A stretch of 63,570 nucleotides of DNA, filler included, from Octopus bimaculoides (lineage: Eukaryota), in the NCBI RefSeq assembly GCF_001194135.2. It is 6 parts of 6 records of this genome, joined end to end, with 100 filler letters (N's around TTAATTAATTAA, not from the genome) between each part and the next. Parts side by side here need not be neighbours in the genome. Positions count along the whole stretch, not along the records: positions 49,585 to 54,559 come from NC_068981.1; positions 54,660 to 61,424 come from NC_068984.1; positions 61,525 to 63,570 come from NC_068988.1; 3 more parts are not named here. One strand, given 5' to 3'. This document shows, in pieces, positions 49,926-63,097 of the stretch. How positions within the stretch are numbered: position 1 is the first letter of the stretch; each line of letters opens with the position of its first letter. Position numbers and translations under genes: made by a program. The notes below the pieces were generated by a model. The model made no database searches. It saw only the letters and a list, made by a program, of their open reading frames with translations, and was not told where the DNA came from.

Positions 49926-51709
49926 TGTTGCTTTTGCCTTTTTTTTTTCCATTAGCTACTTAAGTGAAGTGATTCCAAATGGAGATTAAAACCAACTATT
50001 AGTTCTGGTTTACCAACAATTTACCATTGTATTAAATTTTTGTCTGCAAAGAAAATTTAAGGGAAAAAATACATACTTACACGATTAATATGAACATAGT
50101 GAGCAGGCTCAAGATGTGTTTTTACAAAAGTAGTTTTTCCACCTGGAATTGAAATTTGAAAAATGTAAAAAAACAAAATACATAAAAAATATTTTTTTAA
50201 ATCATAACTTCAAATTAACAAGCTCTTTGTAAGTTAAATGAAAAGGGTGATGAAAGCCATTAAAATGCTGAACACAAAGAAAAATGAATTTACTCTATAA
50301 TTACATAACCTTAACAATGAAAAAAATTTTATTGAAAGAATGAATAAATATAGAAACTGCTACAATTTGCATAACAAGATGGGTTAAGAGAGATATTTAA
50401 ATCAGTTAAACTTTTGACAAAATTTCATTGGTGTTAATTTGTGATTTTAAAGGTTAATATATACATTTTTGATTCTCCCATTGTATACCCCTAATAACTG
50501 CAACAACTATATTCTGGAGGGTGTTATTGTAATGTTCTTGAATGTGTATATACACAATGGTCAGAGAGTATTGCTAATGCACAATAAACCATGTTGAATT
50601 CTGTTTGGTGCATCAAAATTCATAATCAGCATATCTCCAAAAATTTTAGGGCCTTTCAAGATTTATCATTAAATGCCATTGATGTATTCCAATACATCCA
50701 TTAACTAGCAACAATTAAAAAATATTATTAATTAACTGCTAATTCATTAAATTGGTAACATTAAAAGAGAGAGAGTTATCTAAAACCAGTTCTGAGACAC
50801 ATACCAGTTTATCTGCTAAAAAAAAAAAAACAGCATCAGAGAAATTATTTGTTACATTATGCAATATGGCAGCAATTAAGACTGGGCTTCATAATTAGGG
50901 CTTGAAATGCTTTTAGCCCCTGAACACATACTAACTTGTTATATGATCTGAGATTAAGCAAATAGAGAATTATTCCCACTTCATAGAATAATGTATCTTG
51001 CTTTTCCTAATTATCTTGCTTTTATAACCTAATTATTAGATAAACTTTATGTAAATACATTCAGTTTAAATGAGTTGAGCTCTTAATACAATATCTTGCT
51101 TTCTTGTTGCCTTTTCTACAATGAGTTCAATAAAAATAGAATAAAAATGATAAATATAACATTCCTGACCTGTCTACATATAGTACGACATGACTGGAAA
51201 TATTTTTTATTTATCAGAGTGCAGGAAAATAGACATGGCCATAGTGGTGATGAAAGAGAGGGGGGAGAGAAAAAGAGAAAGAGAGAGGTGTTTCTTTCCT
51301 CAGAGGAAATTGTATTCATTACATCATAAAATGTCACAGCTAGCTAAAAAAAATCCCTTAATAGTAAAAGGTTGCAAAAAACAGCACTATTTCATTCCCT
51401 TGTTTAACTAATCAATTTGGGTTGCCACACTATCATATGAAAAAATAATTTATGGATAAAGGTAAAACATAAACAAAGTAATCCACTTGAAAAAGAGTAC
51501 ATACCTGCAGGATATCCCACCAATAAAATAAGCTAGAAAGAGAAGATAAAAACAAACTATTTCACAAAATTGTTACAAACAATTCATTTCTTCTACAACC
51601 ACAAACAATTATTTAAATATAATATGCTTTACTTGAATTGTACTTTTTGGCAATTACGATTGGATATCATACATGTTGGGACTAAAGTGATTGCATTGCA
51701 ATGGTCAGT

Positions 51710-51710
51710 G

Positions 51711-51754
<44 letters not shown>

Positions 51755-52000
51755 TATACATATATACACACATAAACATACATATATATTCATATATATA
51801 AACATATATACATATATATATACATACATACATATATACATATATATATATAAGACATATACATATACACATACATACATATATACATACATATAAATAT
51901 ACACATATACATACATATAAATATACACATATACATACATATAAATATACACATATACATACATATAAATATACACATATACATATATATAAATATACAC

Positions 52001-52073
<73 letters not shown>

Positions 52074-52150
52074 CATATATACATACATATATAAACACAT
52101 ATATACATATGCATATATATACATAGATACATATAAATATACATACATAC
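51710..52150. repeat. Compound (TA)/(TACA) microsatellite with a ~24-bp minisatellite unit
   Basis: atataaatatacacatatacatac repeated several times at about 51890-52000. Confidence 0.9.
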
Positions 52151-52152
52151 AT

Positions 52153-52487
52153 GATGGCACCTGTGTCCAGCATCGCCTTCGTAGCACTTGAGCTGGTGGC
52201 ACATGTAAAGACATTCGAGCGAGATTGTTGCCAGTCCCACTGGACTGGCTCCTGTGCAGGTGGCACGTAAAATACACCGTTTTGAGAGTGGCCGTTGCCA
52301 GTACCGCCTGACTGGCCTTCGTGCCGGTGGCACGTAAAAGCACCCACTACACTCTCGGAGTGGTTGGCGTTAGGAAGGGCATCCAGCTGTAGAAACTCTG
52401 CCAAATCAGATTGGAGCCTAGTGTAGCCATCTGGTTCACCAGTCCTCAGTCAAATCGTCCAACCCATGTAAGCATGGAAAGCGGACG
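52153..52487 (+). mobile_element. Young RTE 3' UTR with three tandem subunits, lacking its (GAT)n tail
   Basis: Units end in ggtggcacgtaaaa. The sequence stops at gcatggaaagcggacg, where the opposite-strand RTE begins. Confidence 0.9.
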
Positions 52488-53810
52488 CAGCTATTCTCAT
52501 CCATTCTCACTACATGTCCATACCAGCGCAATCGTCTCTCTTGCACACCACAACTGATGCTTCTTATGTTCAGCTTTTCTCTCAAGATACTTACACTCTG
52601 TCGGGTATGCACACTGACATTACTCATCCATCGGAGCATACTGGCTTCATTCCTTGCGAGCTTACGCATGTCCTCAACAGTCACAGCACATGTTTCACGG
52701 CCATGTAGCATGGCTGTTCGTACACATGCATCATACAGTCTACCTTTTACTCTGAGTGAGAGGCCCTTTGTCACCAGCATAGGTAAGAGCTCTCTGAACT
52801 TTGCCCAGGCTATTCTTATTCTAGCAGCTACATTTTCAGCGCACCCACCCCCACTACTANNNNNNNNNNNNNNNNNNNNNNNNNNNNNNNNTTTGTGTAT
52901 CACCTAACTGGCTATACGGGTGACTAGGCTATAGCCAACACTGCCAGATATTTTGAGCATCTCTGCAGTAATTCCTGATGGGCCGGGGGCTTTCCCTGTC
53001 TTCACACTCTTAATTGCTTTATCTACCATGGTACTGTCAACTCGGATAGCTGGTCCCTCTGTTGGGTCTACATACAGCAGGCTCTCTTTCTCCCATTCAT
53101 TCTCTTTATTAAGCAATCTATTGTAGTGGCATCTCCAGACCTCTTTCTTTGCAGCCTCATTTAGTGCAAGCGTACCATCATCCATTCGAACACATTTCTC
53201 TCCTACGACATCACAATTCTCTCACACACTGTCTTGTAATACGAAATACCTCAAGTCTTTGGTCCTCACAGCAAAGAACATTGGCAAATTTTTTCTTATC
53301 TGCTTCCCTTCTGGCTGAATAAACCTGTCGCCTAGCTTCCCTTCTGGCAGTCTGATACAATTCCCTGCTACCACCGTTCTTCCAGTCCTTCCAAGCCTGT
53401 TTCTTTTGTCTAATAGCCCTGTCTACCACCTTGTTCCACCACCATGTTACTTTGGGTCAAGTGGGGACTTTACACTAGCCACAGATCTGGTTGGTGGCTC
53501 TCAGCAGGTTGTCCCGCAGAAACCTCCAATTGTCTTCCACGTCGTATGATGCTATATCCCCTTCTATTTCGTTAAATGCTTCGAGTAACATGTCTCTAAA
53601 TCTCTGTCCATTTGCAGGATCTTCAAGCTTCTATACCCTTCTCCTCCAAGCCGGTCTACTTCTGGGCATCCATTTTGCCTTGATCCCGAAGTCGCTAGCT
53701 ACTAATCTGTGTTGAGGGGTACATTCTTTGCCAGGGAAGGTTTTGGCATTTATAAACCGCCCTTTTTCCCTATTTCTGGAGAGGATGTAGTTGATTTGGC
53801 TAGAGTGTCG
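52487..53810 (-). mobile_element. RTE-clade LINE remnant: APE endonuclease end, linker and post-RT region; RT core absent across the gap at 52860-52891
   Basis: SQINYILS..QHRLV (APE end), WWNKVVDRAI, KAIKSVKTGKAPGPSGITAEMLK (pre-RT), AARIRIAWAKFRELLP..RRLRWYGHVVRMDENSCV (C-terminal). Confidence 0.92.
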
Positions 53811-53862
53811 TAATGTTGTCGTAATTCAAACTGTTTGAATTACGACATTTAGATAAGTATAG

Positions 53863-54559
53863 CTTTTACTTTGTTTAATGACTTTATATCATTGTTTGAA
53901 AATAATATGTATTCTTGTATTTTTATATTATTCAATTGATTTTTAAAGATTATTTTTAATCGATACCTTATTTAACACTAAATTATTTAGAAGTAAGAGT
54001 ATCATTTTAACCTAAAATAAGACTTCAATTTGATTAGGGTTGAAATATTTTCAATTAATACTGTTTAATATTTCATTCTATTTTATGCGATAAATAACTA
54101 GTCTTTTTTCTTTGTTTATACAGTATCGTTAATGGGTTGTTTTTTTTTTATGACTTAAGCTATATAAAGTTTAATCTTTCATTCATAATAATTTTTTCAT
54201 TCATATTTTTATTTCTAATAAACCTCTAGTTCTGAGTTTAACATCTAAGTTTCAGTTTGAACTACAACAACATTTTGATTAGTATAATTTTTACTTTCTT
54301 TAACGACTTTATATCATTGTTTGAAAAAATAAGTATTCTTGTATTTTTTTATTATTCAATTGATTTTTAATGATAATTTTAATCGATACCTTATTTAACA
54401 CTAAATTATTTAGAAGTAAGACTTCGATTTGATTAGGGTTGAAATATTTTCGATCAATACTGTGCGATAAATACCTAGTCTTTTTATTTTAATTTCTTTG
54501 TTTATACAATATCGTTAATGCTTTTTTTATTGATTTAAGTTATATAAAGTTTAATCATT
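53863..54559. repeat. AT-rich tandem repeat, unit ~425 bp, at least 1.6 copies, running into a gap
   Basis: ttttactt..gactttatatcattgtttgaaaa..aatcgataccttatttaacactaaattatttagaagtaag starts at ~53863 and again at ~54288, with indels. Confidence 0.88.
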
Positions 54560-54659
54560 NNNNNNNNNNNNNNNNNNNNNNNNNNNNNNNNNNNNNNNNN
54601 NNNTTAATTAATTAANNNNNNNNNNNNNNNNNNNNNNNNNNNNNNNNNNNNNNNNNNNN

Positions 54660-54710
<51 letters not shown>

Positions 54711-55666
54711 TATATATATGTATGCATGCACGTCACTGTATTTTTTATGTCACTTTTATGTATCAGCATATTATCGCTTCTACAATAGGATAATATCATT
54801 ATATTTTATTTCATCGAACCCTATTTTATTATTCTTTGAACCCATATATCACCATGAAATATTTGCGTAGTAGACCCAAATAAGCTATATGAAGCGTACT
54901 GGCTTTTGTAAGTACGGGTGAGTCGAAGTGTTTTTTAATTTGGACAGACGTTGTTGAAACTTACCAGCTGCTCTCCATTGATTGTCTGTTTTGATTCGTT
55001 TTGTAGCACCATCCCAAAAGGCTTTGTTAAAGTAAGACACCTGTACGTAAGAGCATCATAGACGCATACACACATATACAAGCATATATACATGCATGCA
55101 TCAATGAATGCATGAATACATACATACATACACGCACGCACACAAAACACTAAGTTACCATCTTCACTTCCCACCCCACAAAAATCATCCCTTGAAAGGC
55201 GAAACTTAAACACAAAGTAAGAGCAAGAATATTCACCAATGAGAGAGTCTGGGTCAATGAACGATTGTCTCTGGGGTTGCCTGACCAGCTAGAAATAGCA
55301 GCTCAGTATCTCTCAAATAAAGCTTTACTATCTAAACAAAGAAGGCTTATTAGATAATATCGTGCTACTACTTTCTACCCATGACATCCCCGTTTAATGT
55401 TTAGTCAGTTTAAATTGCTGAGTAGCTGCTGTTTCTCTTGTCCCTTTTGACAGTACAAAAATCGAAAATTCATTTTCTGCATAAATCAGATATATCCGCT
55501 CAAAATTGCATTACCCTTAACTGAGAAAAGCAGTTTTACATATTTATCAATCTATCTTTTGTTGAGGAATGTCGTGTTTGAGACTAATTTTGTAGAGACA
55601 ACGTGACTTGCTGAAAATACCGATTCTATTTTCATTTTTTGTTTTTCATTTTTCATTGTGTGTGTG

Positions 55667-55723
<57 letters not shown>

Positions 55724-57119
55724 TTTACTTCATCACTGGAATGACTGAAATCCAGTTTTGTAGTTCAAAGGTTAACGAAGTTGACTTTTCTGCTCATTTC
55801 GGTTTTAATTTAATCTCGTTCACATCCTTTTCGGCTCACTACACTTATTATATTAGCCTGCACTTAACTATGTGTTCTTCACGCAGAAGGCATACCTAAG
55901 AATTTTGCAGTGATGTTATCTAATTTGTTTTTAAAGCAAGCATAGTCGTTCTGTAATCTGTTAGCAAAGTTTTAGACCATACTTCTCAAAAGAGGTTTAA
56001 TAAATTCGAAACATGTCCGTAGCTGTCAATGATCAACCCACACACATCTTACAAATCTCTACTTAAGTTTTAGCCAATTAAACTTTCACAATTCCCTCCC
56101 TTGCTACTTCATTGACTTCTTTTCATAAAGGATACAATTTCAATTTGCTAAAAATTTTATGCCAAAATGTCTTGAACCTTAAACTTCATTTCAGTGTGGG
56201 GAAAAAAGAGAAATATTCATATTTTTTATGTATGTCCGAGGTAAATAGTTTTCAGGCAAAAGGTATCTTAGCCGTTGCTTGATTTAATTTAAGTGCTGAA
56301 CATCAGGGCTGCTCACTTGTAGAGCACAACTGATCGATAAACTTAAATAAAACCAAGCGAAATAGCATTCAAAAATTAACAGACCAAAACAAATGCAAGA
56401 AATTTTTCACATTATGCCGAAGAGAAGTTTAGTTTGCTAATAATTTTCAGTTCCCGTTCGAAATGTTTTGTGATAAACCTTAGTTAATCGATGTTCTCAG
56501 ACACAAAAATGCATATTAGGAAGGAGAATTCTAAATATTTTCGCTGCTGACATTTTGAAGAATTCGCACCTAGAATTTAATGAGTAATCAATATGAAGGA
56601 TTTATTACAAGTATTCAAGTAGTACGATCCAAATTTAGCATACATAGTTTTTGGTGTTTTTGTCTTTTAGTCTCCATATGTGCTATGAAAAGGATGTGAT
56701 AGCACTTTGAATTTCTAAAGGAATGCGTGAGCTCTGGGAACCCGTTATTAAAGCGACGGAATGCTATGTCTAAACGCTTTCAGCACAAAATACTAAGTTC
56801 TTGCTTAGGCATTTGCCATCAAGTTGGTATGAATTGATATTGACACAATTGCATTGGATTCATAACATGACAGAAGGCTGCTACTGTAATTTCATGATTT
56901 TATGCCATAAATCAGATCATTGTGGTTACTACTATAGCTTCAGCAAGTTAATCATATTCTGGAGAACCTATTGCATGAATGGTTATAAAAAAATTTTCAA
57001 CATTAACATTTCTTCTCAATTCGTTGAACACTTGGAATAAACCCATTCCAAAATTTCATCACCAGAGCAAACTTATTGAACCTACATTGAATATATTGCA
57101 ATGTTATACATAGAATTAA

Positions 57120-57295
57120 AGCGGCGGGTACGCCGAGAAAAGTGGTTAGCTGCACTTCGTCTGTCTTTACGCCTGAGCTCAAATTCCGCTGAGGTCGACT
57201 TTGACTTTCATCCTTTCCGGCTCGACAAAATAAGTACTATGTAATCAACTAGCCCTCTCCCGAACTTGCTGGCCTTGCGCCAAAATTAGAAACCA
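57120..57295 (+). mobile_element. SINE-B copy
   Basis: ctcaaattccgctgaggtcgactttgactttcatcctttcc..aagtac. Confidence 0.8.
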
Positions 57296-58580
57296 ATATT
57301 ATACATAGAATTTCTTTGAAGTCCCTCGTTCATTTTAGGAACTTCCATGTAGTGTAAATAAACGTCCTATGAATATTTAATGTTCTCTTTAACTAACCCG
57401 AAATTTTATCTCAAAGATTATCATCTATCAGCTCAATGTTGCTGAAAGATATATTTCTCAGGAAAAAAACCCAGTACAATGACTTCTCTTTGTTTCACAA
57501 TTCAAAAAGATGAACGTTACTGTATATTCATATACCTTACACTTTCTTATTTACTTTTAAAGGATACTTCATAAATATACGGCTTTTACATTGTGATATT
57601 GTATCTACTGTTATCTCTAACAGCGAAAGACCTAGTGCTAACGATCTGTTACACTTCTGCTTTTTTTCATTTTCTCAGTTCTGCCTCTGTCTCGACTATT
57701 TCTACTTTACCTTCCCAATTTTCCTCTCTTCACATTTTTGTGTTAAATTTAGTCTTTCCTTTTTCTTCTCTTTTATGTCTTGCAACTTTCTCCTTATATA
57801 CTTCGATGTAGGTCATGTAGTAACAATTTCTTTTCTTTCTTTTTTTTTTTCTTTTTTTGTAACTATACCAGTTTTATTTCCCTTCATGTTAGTGGCCATA
57901 TTTCAAATAATCTGAATATGAAATTTTACATTTTAATCATTTTAAGTTTTGATATCTCAGTATTTATAAACTTTCCTTTGAAAATTGTATAATGCCTGCG
58001 TAAGCTTGTAAGTTGCCATAAAAATCCATCAGTCGTAAAGAAAAGCGGTAACGTGAATCTCGGAATAACGACTGTGTAAAATTTCAGTTTCCATTGTTCT
58101 TCTTATTAAAAATTTTACTTTATGNNNNNNNNNNNNNNNNNNNNNNNNNNNNNNNNNNNNNNNNNNNNNNNNNNNNNNNNNNNNNNNNNNNNNNNNNNNN
58201 NNNNNNNNNNNNNNNNNNNNNNNNNNNNNNNNNNNNNNNNNNNNNNNNNNNNNNNNNNNNNNNNNNNNNNNNNNNNNNNNNNNNNNNNNNNNNNNNNNNN
58301 NNNNNNNNNNNNNNNNNCATATATATGTATATATAAATACATATATATTTATGAATAGCAAGAGTGAAATTTAGAAAGAAAAACCTTGAAAATATGGCAA
58401 GCTATTAACAGAATAAAGATGACAGGTGTTGTCATTTGAAATAACTCCTACATTAAAAAAGAATGGAACATAGAAAATGTATATTCCTTATTTGAATTTT
58501 ATTATTTCTGCATGTATATGTTACGCTTGGTTACGTTTATATGATTTCTTAAATTTCTCTCCCTCTCTCTTTCCCACCCA

Positions 58581-58614
<34 letters not shown>

Positions 58615-59522
58615 TTCTCCCTCCCGCTCCCTCCCTCTTTATCTCTGTTAGATCTTGCGATATTTTTAATATAGCTTATTTTGTTAAATGCAGTCTGTCG
58701 TGAAAAAATGCACATTATAAATTGTATGCAGCAAACTGTAAATATTATATTATCATTTATTTTTTCAAGAATGGGCGGTCAAAAGCAGAATCGGTAGAGC
58801 GTCGGACTAATAGTATTGTAGAAAAGATATCCTGTAATTATCTTATATTGTTATGTTATGTTATTGTTATGTTAATTACTAAGTCTAACATACGCCAGAT
58901 CCTGAGAGTCCCATGGACGTCCTTATTAGTCTGGATATAACAGATCGCCATTGATTTTAGTCTTGGTTCAGGACTTTTACACGGCTGCAGATAATGTCCT
59001 GTTATTGACAAGGGATATCTTATCAGTAAGATGATAGGGGATTTAGCAAAAGTGTTTTAGAAACTAATAATTAAATCTGTTTCAGGCTATTGATTACGGT
59101 CATGACATTAAACATTAAAGTGATTTATAACACAATCATGAAACTATTATATTTGTGTGAAGGATAGTCGATCATATCATACTCCAGTCTTTGGCTTGTA
59201 TTAGATTTACCAACCTTAGTACATAGTTAGTATTTCATTTATCGATCCTGCTGGGATACAGGAAGTTGACTGCAGCTGAAATTCAAAGCAAATTAAGTAA
59301 AATAATCGTTATTGTTATATTGCGATTAGTAAAGCCTATAAAACACATTCACCAGTTATTTCTTTGTCGCTCAATTCTTTTTCAATTTTCAAAACAGTCC
59401 ACCAAAATATTTTTCGCCACAACAATCTGTAGCTTTCTCAGTGGATATAAATTTTCCCTTTAAAATGCTTTGTTTTCAGTTTATAACTTGGATTACATTT
59501 CCATCACAATATTATCTATCAC

Positions 59523-59562
<40 letters not shown>

Positions 59563-60765
59563 CTCTCTCTCTCTCTCTCTNNNNNNNNNNNNNNNNNNNN
59601 NNNNNNNNNNNNNNNNNNNNNNNNNNNNNNNNNNNNNNNNNNNNNNNNNNNNNNNNNNNNNNNNNNNNNNNNNNNNNNNNNNNNNNNNNNNNNNNNNNNN
59701 NNNNNNNNNNNNNNNNNNNNNNNNNNNNNNNNNNNNNNNNNNNNNCTCTCTCTCTCTCTCTCTCTCTTGCACACACACTGCGCGAGTGCACAAGCACACT
59801 CATACTCACTCGAAAAATTAAGCGAGCTTCATTAAAAGGGATAGCGTAAAAGATATTTACCATCGGATAAATAATATCAAATAATATACTGCTTGTCTCG
59901 GCATGTGTTCGCTGCCACGCTTTTCAACATTTTTAACCATATAACAAAATCGAAGACAAAATCGATAGCTATTACATAATTGTAACTAATATAGACCAAG
60001 GCTCGACATTTAAGGAACCTTGAGACAATCTTTCGCTTAACCAAATCACCGATACGATTTCTTTTCTTGAATGGGTATGACTTCGTCTCTTGAATGAATA
60101 TGCTTTCCTTTCTTGAGTGGAACACATTCACCTCTTACTGAGCGATAGTTTACTTGGGAATCTTGTAAACATTACACAACATAAACCTTTTACCTAGTTG
60201 AAAAAAAATAGTGTTCCAATGTTCCAACGTCATACCTTTCTACCTTCACAAAACCCGCTACTGTTTCGAATATAAATTCTCTCCTACTTTTCTAATTATA
60301 AAAAGGAGCTAAAACCAAGAAAATAAGAATATTGGAAGCAGATACAATAGATTTTCTGTTATTCATCAGGTAGAACAGATGAATTTCATGTTGTTTTTGG
60401 CACTTTACACTCGAATTTTTATGTCATCATTGGTTTTGATGTATAAAACATATGTTGAAATATGATCCATACCAAAGCAGCATGTGTGGCATTCAGCCGA
60501 AGATAACACACTACACCAAAAAATATTGGTTTCTTTCGAGTCAGTAAGGGAGTTTCTAGACAGTTGATCCGCAAGCTAGAAATAGCAACTCAATTGTATT
60601 CTGTTCTATCGAATTAACTCCTTTAAAACCACCCACTGTTAAGAACTCATGACACTTAGAACACTGGGGCTCATATGGATAAAAATTGACAGAATTGAAA
60701 GTTTGAAAGATATACATACATATATACATACATACGAACAGACAGACAGACAAACTGACAGACAA

Positions 60766-60815
<50 letters not shown>

Positions 60816-60816
60816 G

Positions 60817-60905
60817 TACAGGGTTGGCCAAAAGTCCCCCGACTGCAAATAAAGATTCCATAAATAATATCTGTAATTCTGTATTGACTCGAATTGAAAA
60901 ATGTG
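60817..60905 (+). mobile_element. Tc1/mariner-like left end
   Basis: TA-CAGGGTTGGCCAAAAGTC after (GATA)n. No partner TIR is visible. Confidence 0.45.
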
Positions 60906-60978
60906 NNNNNNNNNNAAAACAAATTTTACAAAATATATAGTATCTTGATTTTGAGCTCTATCCTTTAAGAGACATGTA

Positions 60979-61009
<31 letters not shown>

Positions 61010-61010
<1 letters not shown>

Positions 61011-61222
61011 ATCTACCTTGCTGGAAGGACGGTTTCAACGAAGTCGCATATTGTCCTTACCTTCGAAACGCGGAGTAGATGAAACAGGGACAACTGGAGA
61101 AGGGGAATATTCTTTATGTTGCATGTCTCGTTTCTCTGTTTTTTCTTGTTCGAAAAAAAAGCTCGTTTTCTATGTTTACGTTTCTCGTTGTGTTTAACAT
61201 TGTTTTGATGTCCGGTGCCCAT
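61010..61222 (-). mobile_element. Copy of the 3285-3470 repeat
   Basis: See 3285-3470. Confidence 0.75.
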
Positions 61223-61375
61223 ATATGCATGTATATATACATATATATGTAGGTATACTCTTTTACTCTTTTACTTGTTTCAGTCATTTGACTGTGGTCA
61301 TGCTGGAGCACCGCCTTGAGAAGGACTTCAGGTATGTGCATATATGTATGTATATATGCACATATTTATATATTA

Positions 61376-61424
<49 letters not shown>

Positions 61425-61524
61425 NNNNNNNNNNNNNNNNNNNNNNNNNNNNNNNNNNNNNNNNNNNNTTAATTAATTAANNNNNNNNNNNNNNNNNNNN
61501 NNNNNNNNNNNNNNNNNNNNNNNN

Positions 61525-61555
<31 letters not shown>

Positions 61556-61759
61556 TTTCCGTCATTCGTCTATGGTTATGGTGAGGCACAACATTGAAGA
61601 ATTTTTAGTCGAATGAACCGACTTACTGTTTTGAATCCTGGTACGTATTCTATCGGACACTTTTAATGAAGTGTTGGCTTACGGGGATGTAAGCACACTA
61701 ACACCGGCTGCGAAGCGGTGGTGGTGAGGGAGAAAGATGCAAAATACATATAGATAGAC

Positions 61760-61836
<77 letters not shown>

Positions 61837-61866
61837 GGCAAGAAATGCTATAAGCATGCGCCAAAC

Positions 61867-62640
61867 AAGGCCACAATCATCTGGGAGATGCCGGTTCAAA
61901 CTGACAAAGAAATAAAAGATAATCACCCAGACATTTTAATCAGACATTGTGAAAAAAAAGAAAAGAAAAAGAAAGAAACAACTGTTTACTGATAGACATT
62001 GCAGTCCCTTAAGTCCAAAATATTCAACCCCCCTCACCTCTAACATGATTTTCCCACCAACCTCCCCACCGACCACCACGGTTCTCTCACAACTCCTACC
62101 AATACCACTATCAGCCTCCGCCTCCCTAAATACCAGTAATAATTGCGGCATTGGTATGATAAAGAAAAAACATCAACAAAAGTCGCAGAGACTTGATTCT
62201 GAACCTGGATTCAGATCCTGGATTCTCAACACTGCACACTATCCAAAAAAATAGCCCTGCTAGGAACAGTTTACATTCTACGCAAGAGACTATCAATTCA
62301 ATAATACAACCTAAAGAAAACAATCAGCAAAAACAAGACACACTCTATACAGCAAATATCCAATGAAATAAACTTCCAACAACAGGCTAGATAACCATCG
62401 CATTACACACACAACACACAATACAAACACTAATACAAAAAAGATTGCACCATACCTCAAAAAAAAAAATAGAAAAAATAGAATGTAACGCAGTACAATA
62501 CCGGGAAGAGTTTGCACACTCCCAACAACAACAAAAAAAACAGTGCTGCACACGGAGGTGTAGCAGGTGATGCAGTAGAAATTTACCTCAGGCTATCAAA
62601 TGTTGAAATAAAACAACAACAACAACAACAGCAACAATAA
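61867..62640 (+). mobile_element. Degenerate R4/Dong-type 3' fragment with a C-rich internal replacement
   Basis: KATIIWEMPVQTDKEIKDNHPDILIRH..CLLIDIAVP, then IPVII..MIKK and QKIALLGTVYILRKRLSIQ*, then an A/C-rich UTR ending in (CAA/AAT)n. Confidence 0.75.
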
Positions 62641-62677
62641 TAATAGTAACAGCAACAACAACTAGGCTTTGCTACCA

Positions 62678-62796
62678 CTTTACGGCCATATCACGATGAA
62701 TACAGCGGTTCTCGTTCGATCACCTAAGGTATGGAACGTCTAGCCTAGTTAGTAATTAGATGGGTGACCGCTTGGGAAACGTAAGTGCTGTAAACG
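62678..62796 (+). rRNA. 5S rRNA gene copy, probably a pseudogene
   Basis: ctttacggccatatcacg..cggttctcgttcgatcacc..ttagta..gatgggtgaccgcttgggaa..gtgctgtaaac is full length (119 nt). The terminal helix tttacggc/gctgtaaa is retained and a T4 run follows. Box A (aggtatggaacg) deviates from the usual AGTTAAGCAACG. Confidence 0.9.
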
Positions 62797-63034
62797 TCTT
62801 TTATGCCGTAATATAGCACCAGGCAGTGGCTCTCGTGGCTTCCGATCTTAACAGATCAGAAGTGTGGTCATGTACCTTGTTTTGTCTTGGTATAAAAAGA
62901 TGGGCTATAGCAAATATTTTGCTCAATACCACAGATTTGCTTGTAAATTGTTTGATCTTGTCATTTGTTGCACCTTAACCAGTTGAGCAAATCCTTAGTG
63001 GCTGACGATATGTGCATCTCTGATCACTTTGACA

Positions 63035-63096
<62 letters not shown>

Positions 63097-63097
<1 letters not shown>

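Noticed and set aside
50590-50652. Possible 63-bp minus-strand exon (PKIFGDMLIMNFDAPNRIQH) between AG and GT
   Set aside because: There is no polypyrimidine tract, I do not recognise the peptide, and such short frames arise by chance.
51629-52404. 200+ aa Y/I/V/M/C-rich ORFs
   Set aside because: They are translations of (TA)n/(TACA)n plus antisense RTE UTR.
61030-61080. cgaaacgcgg motif in the 3285/61010 repeat as a hammerhead
   Set aside because: No CUGANGA core lies upstream in either copy.
25349-61480. Recurrent TTAATTAATTAA 12-mer
   Set aside because: It always sits centred in ~100-base N gaps and gives stops in all six frames. It is a scaffolding linker, not biology.
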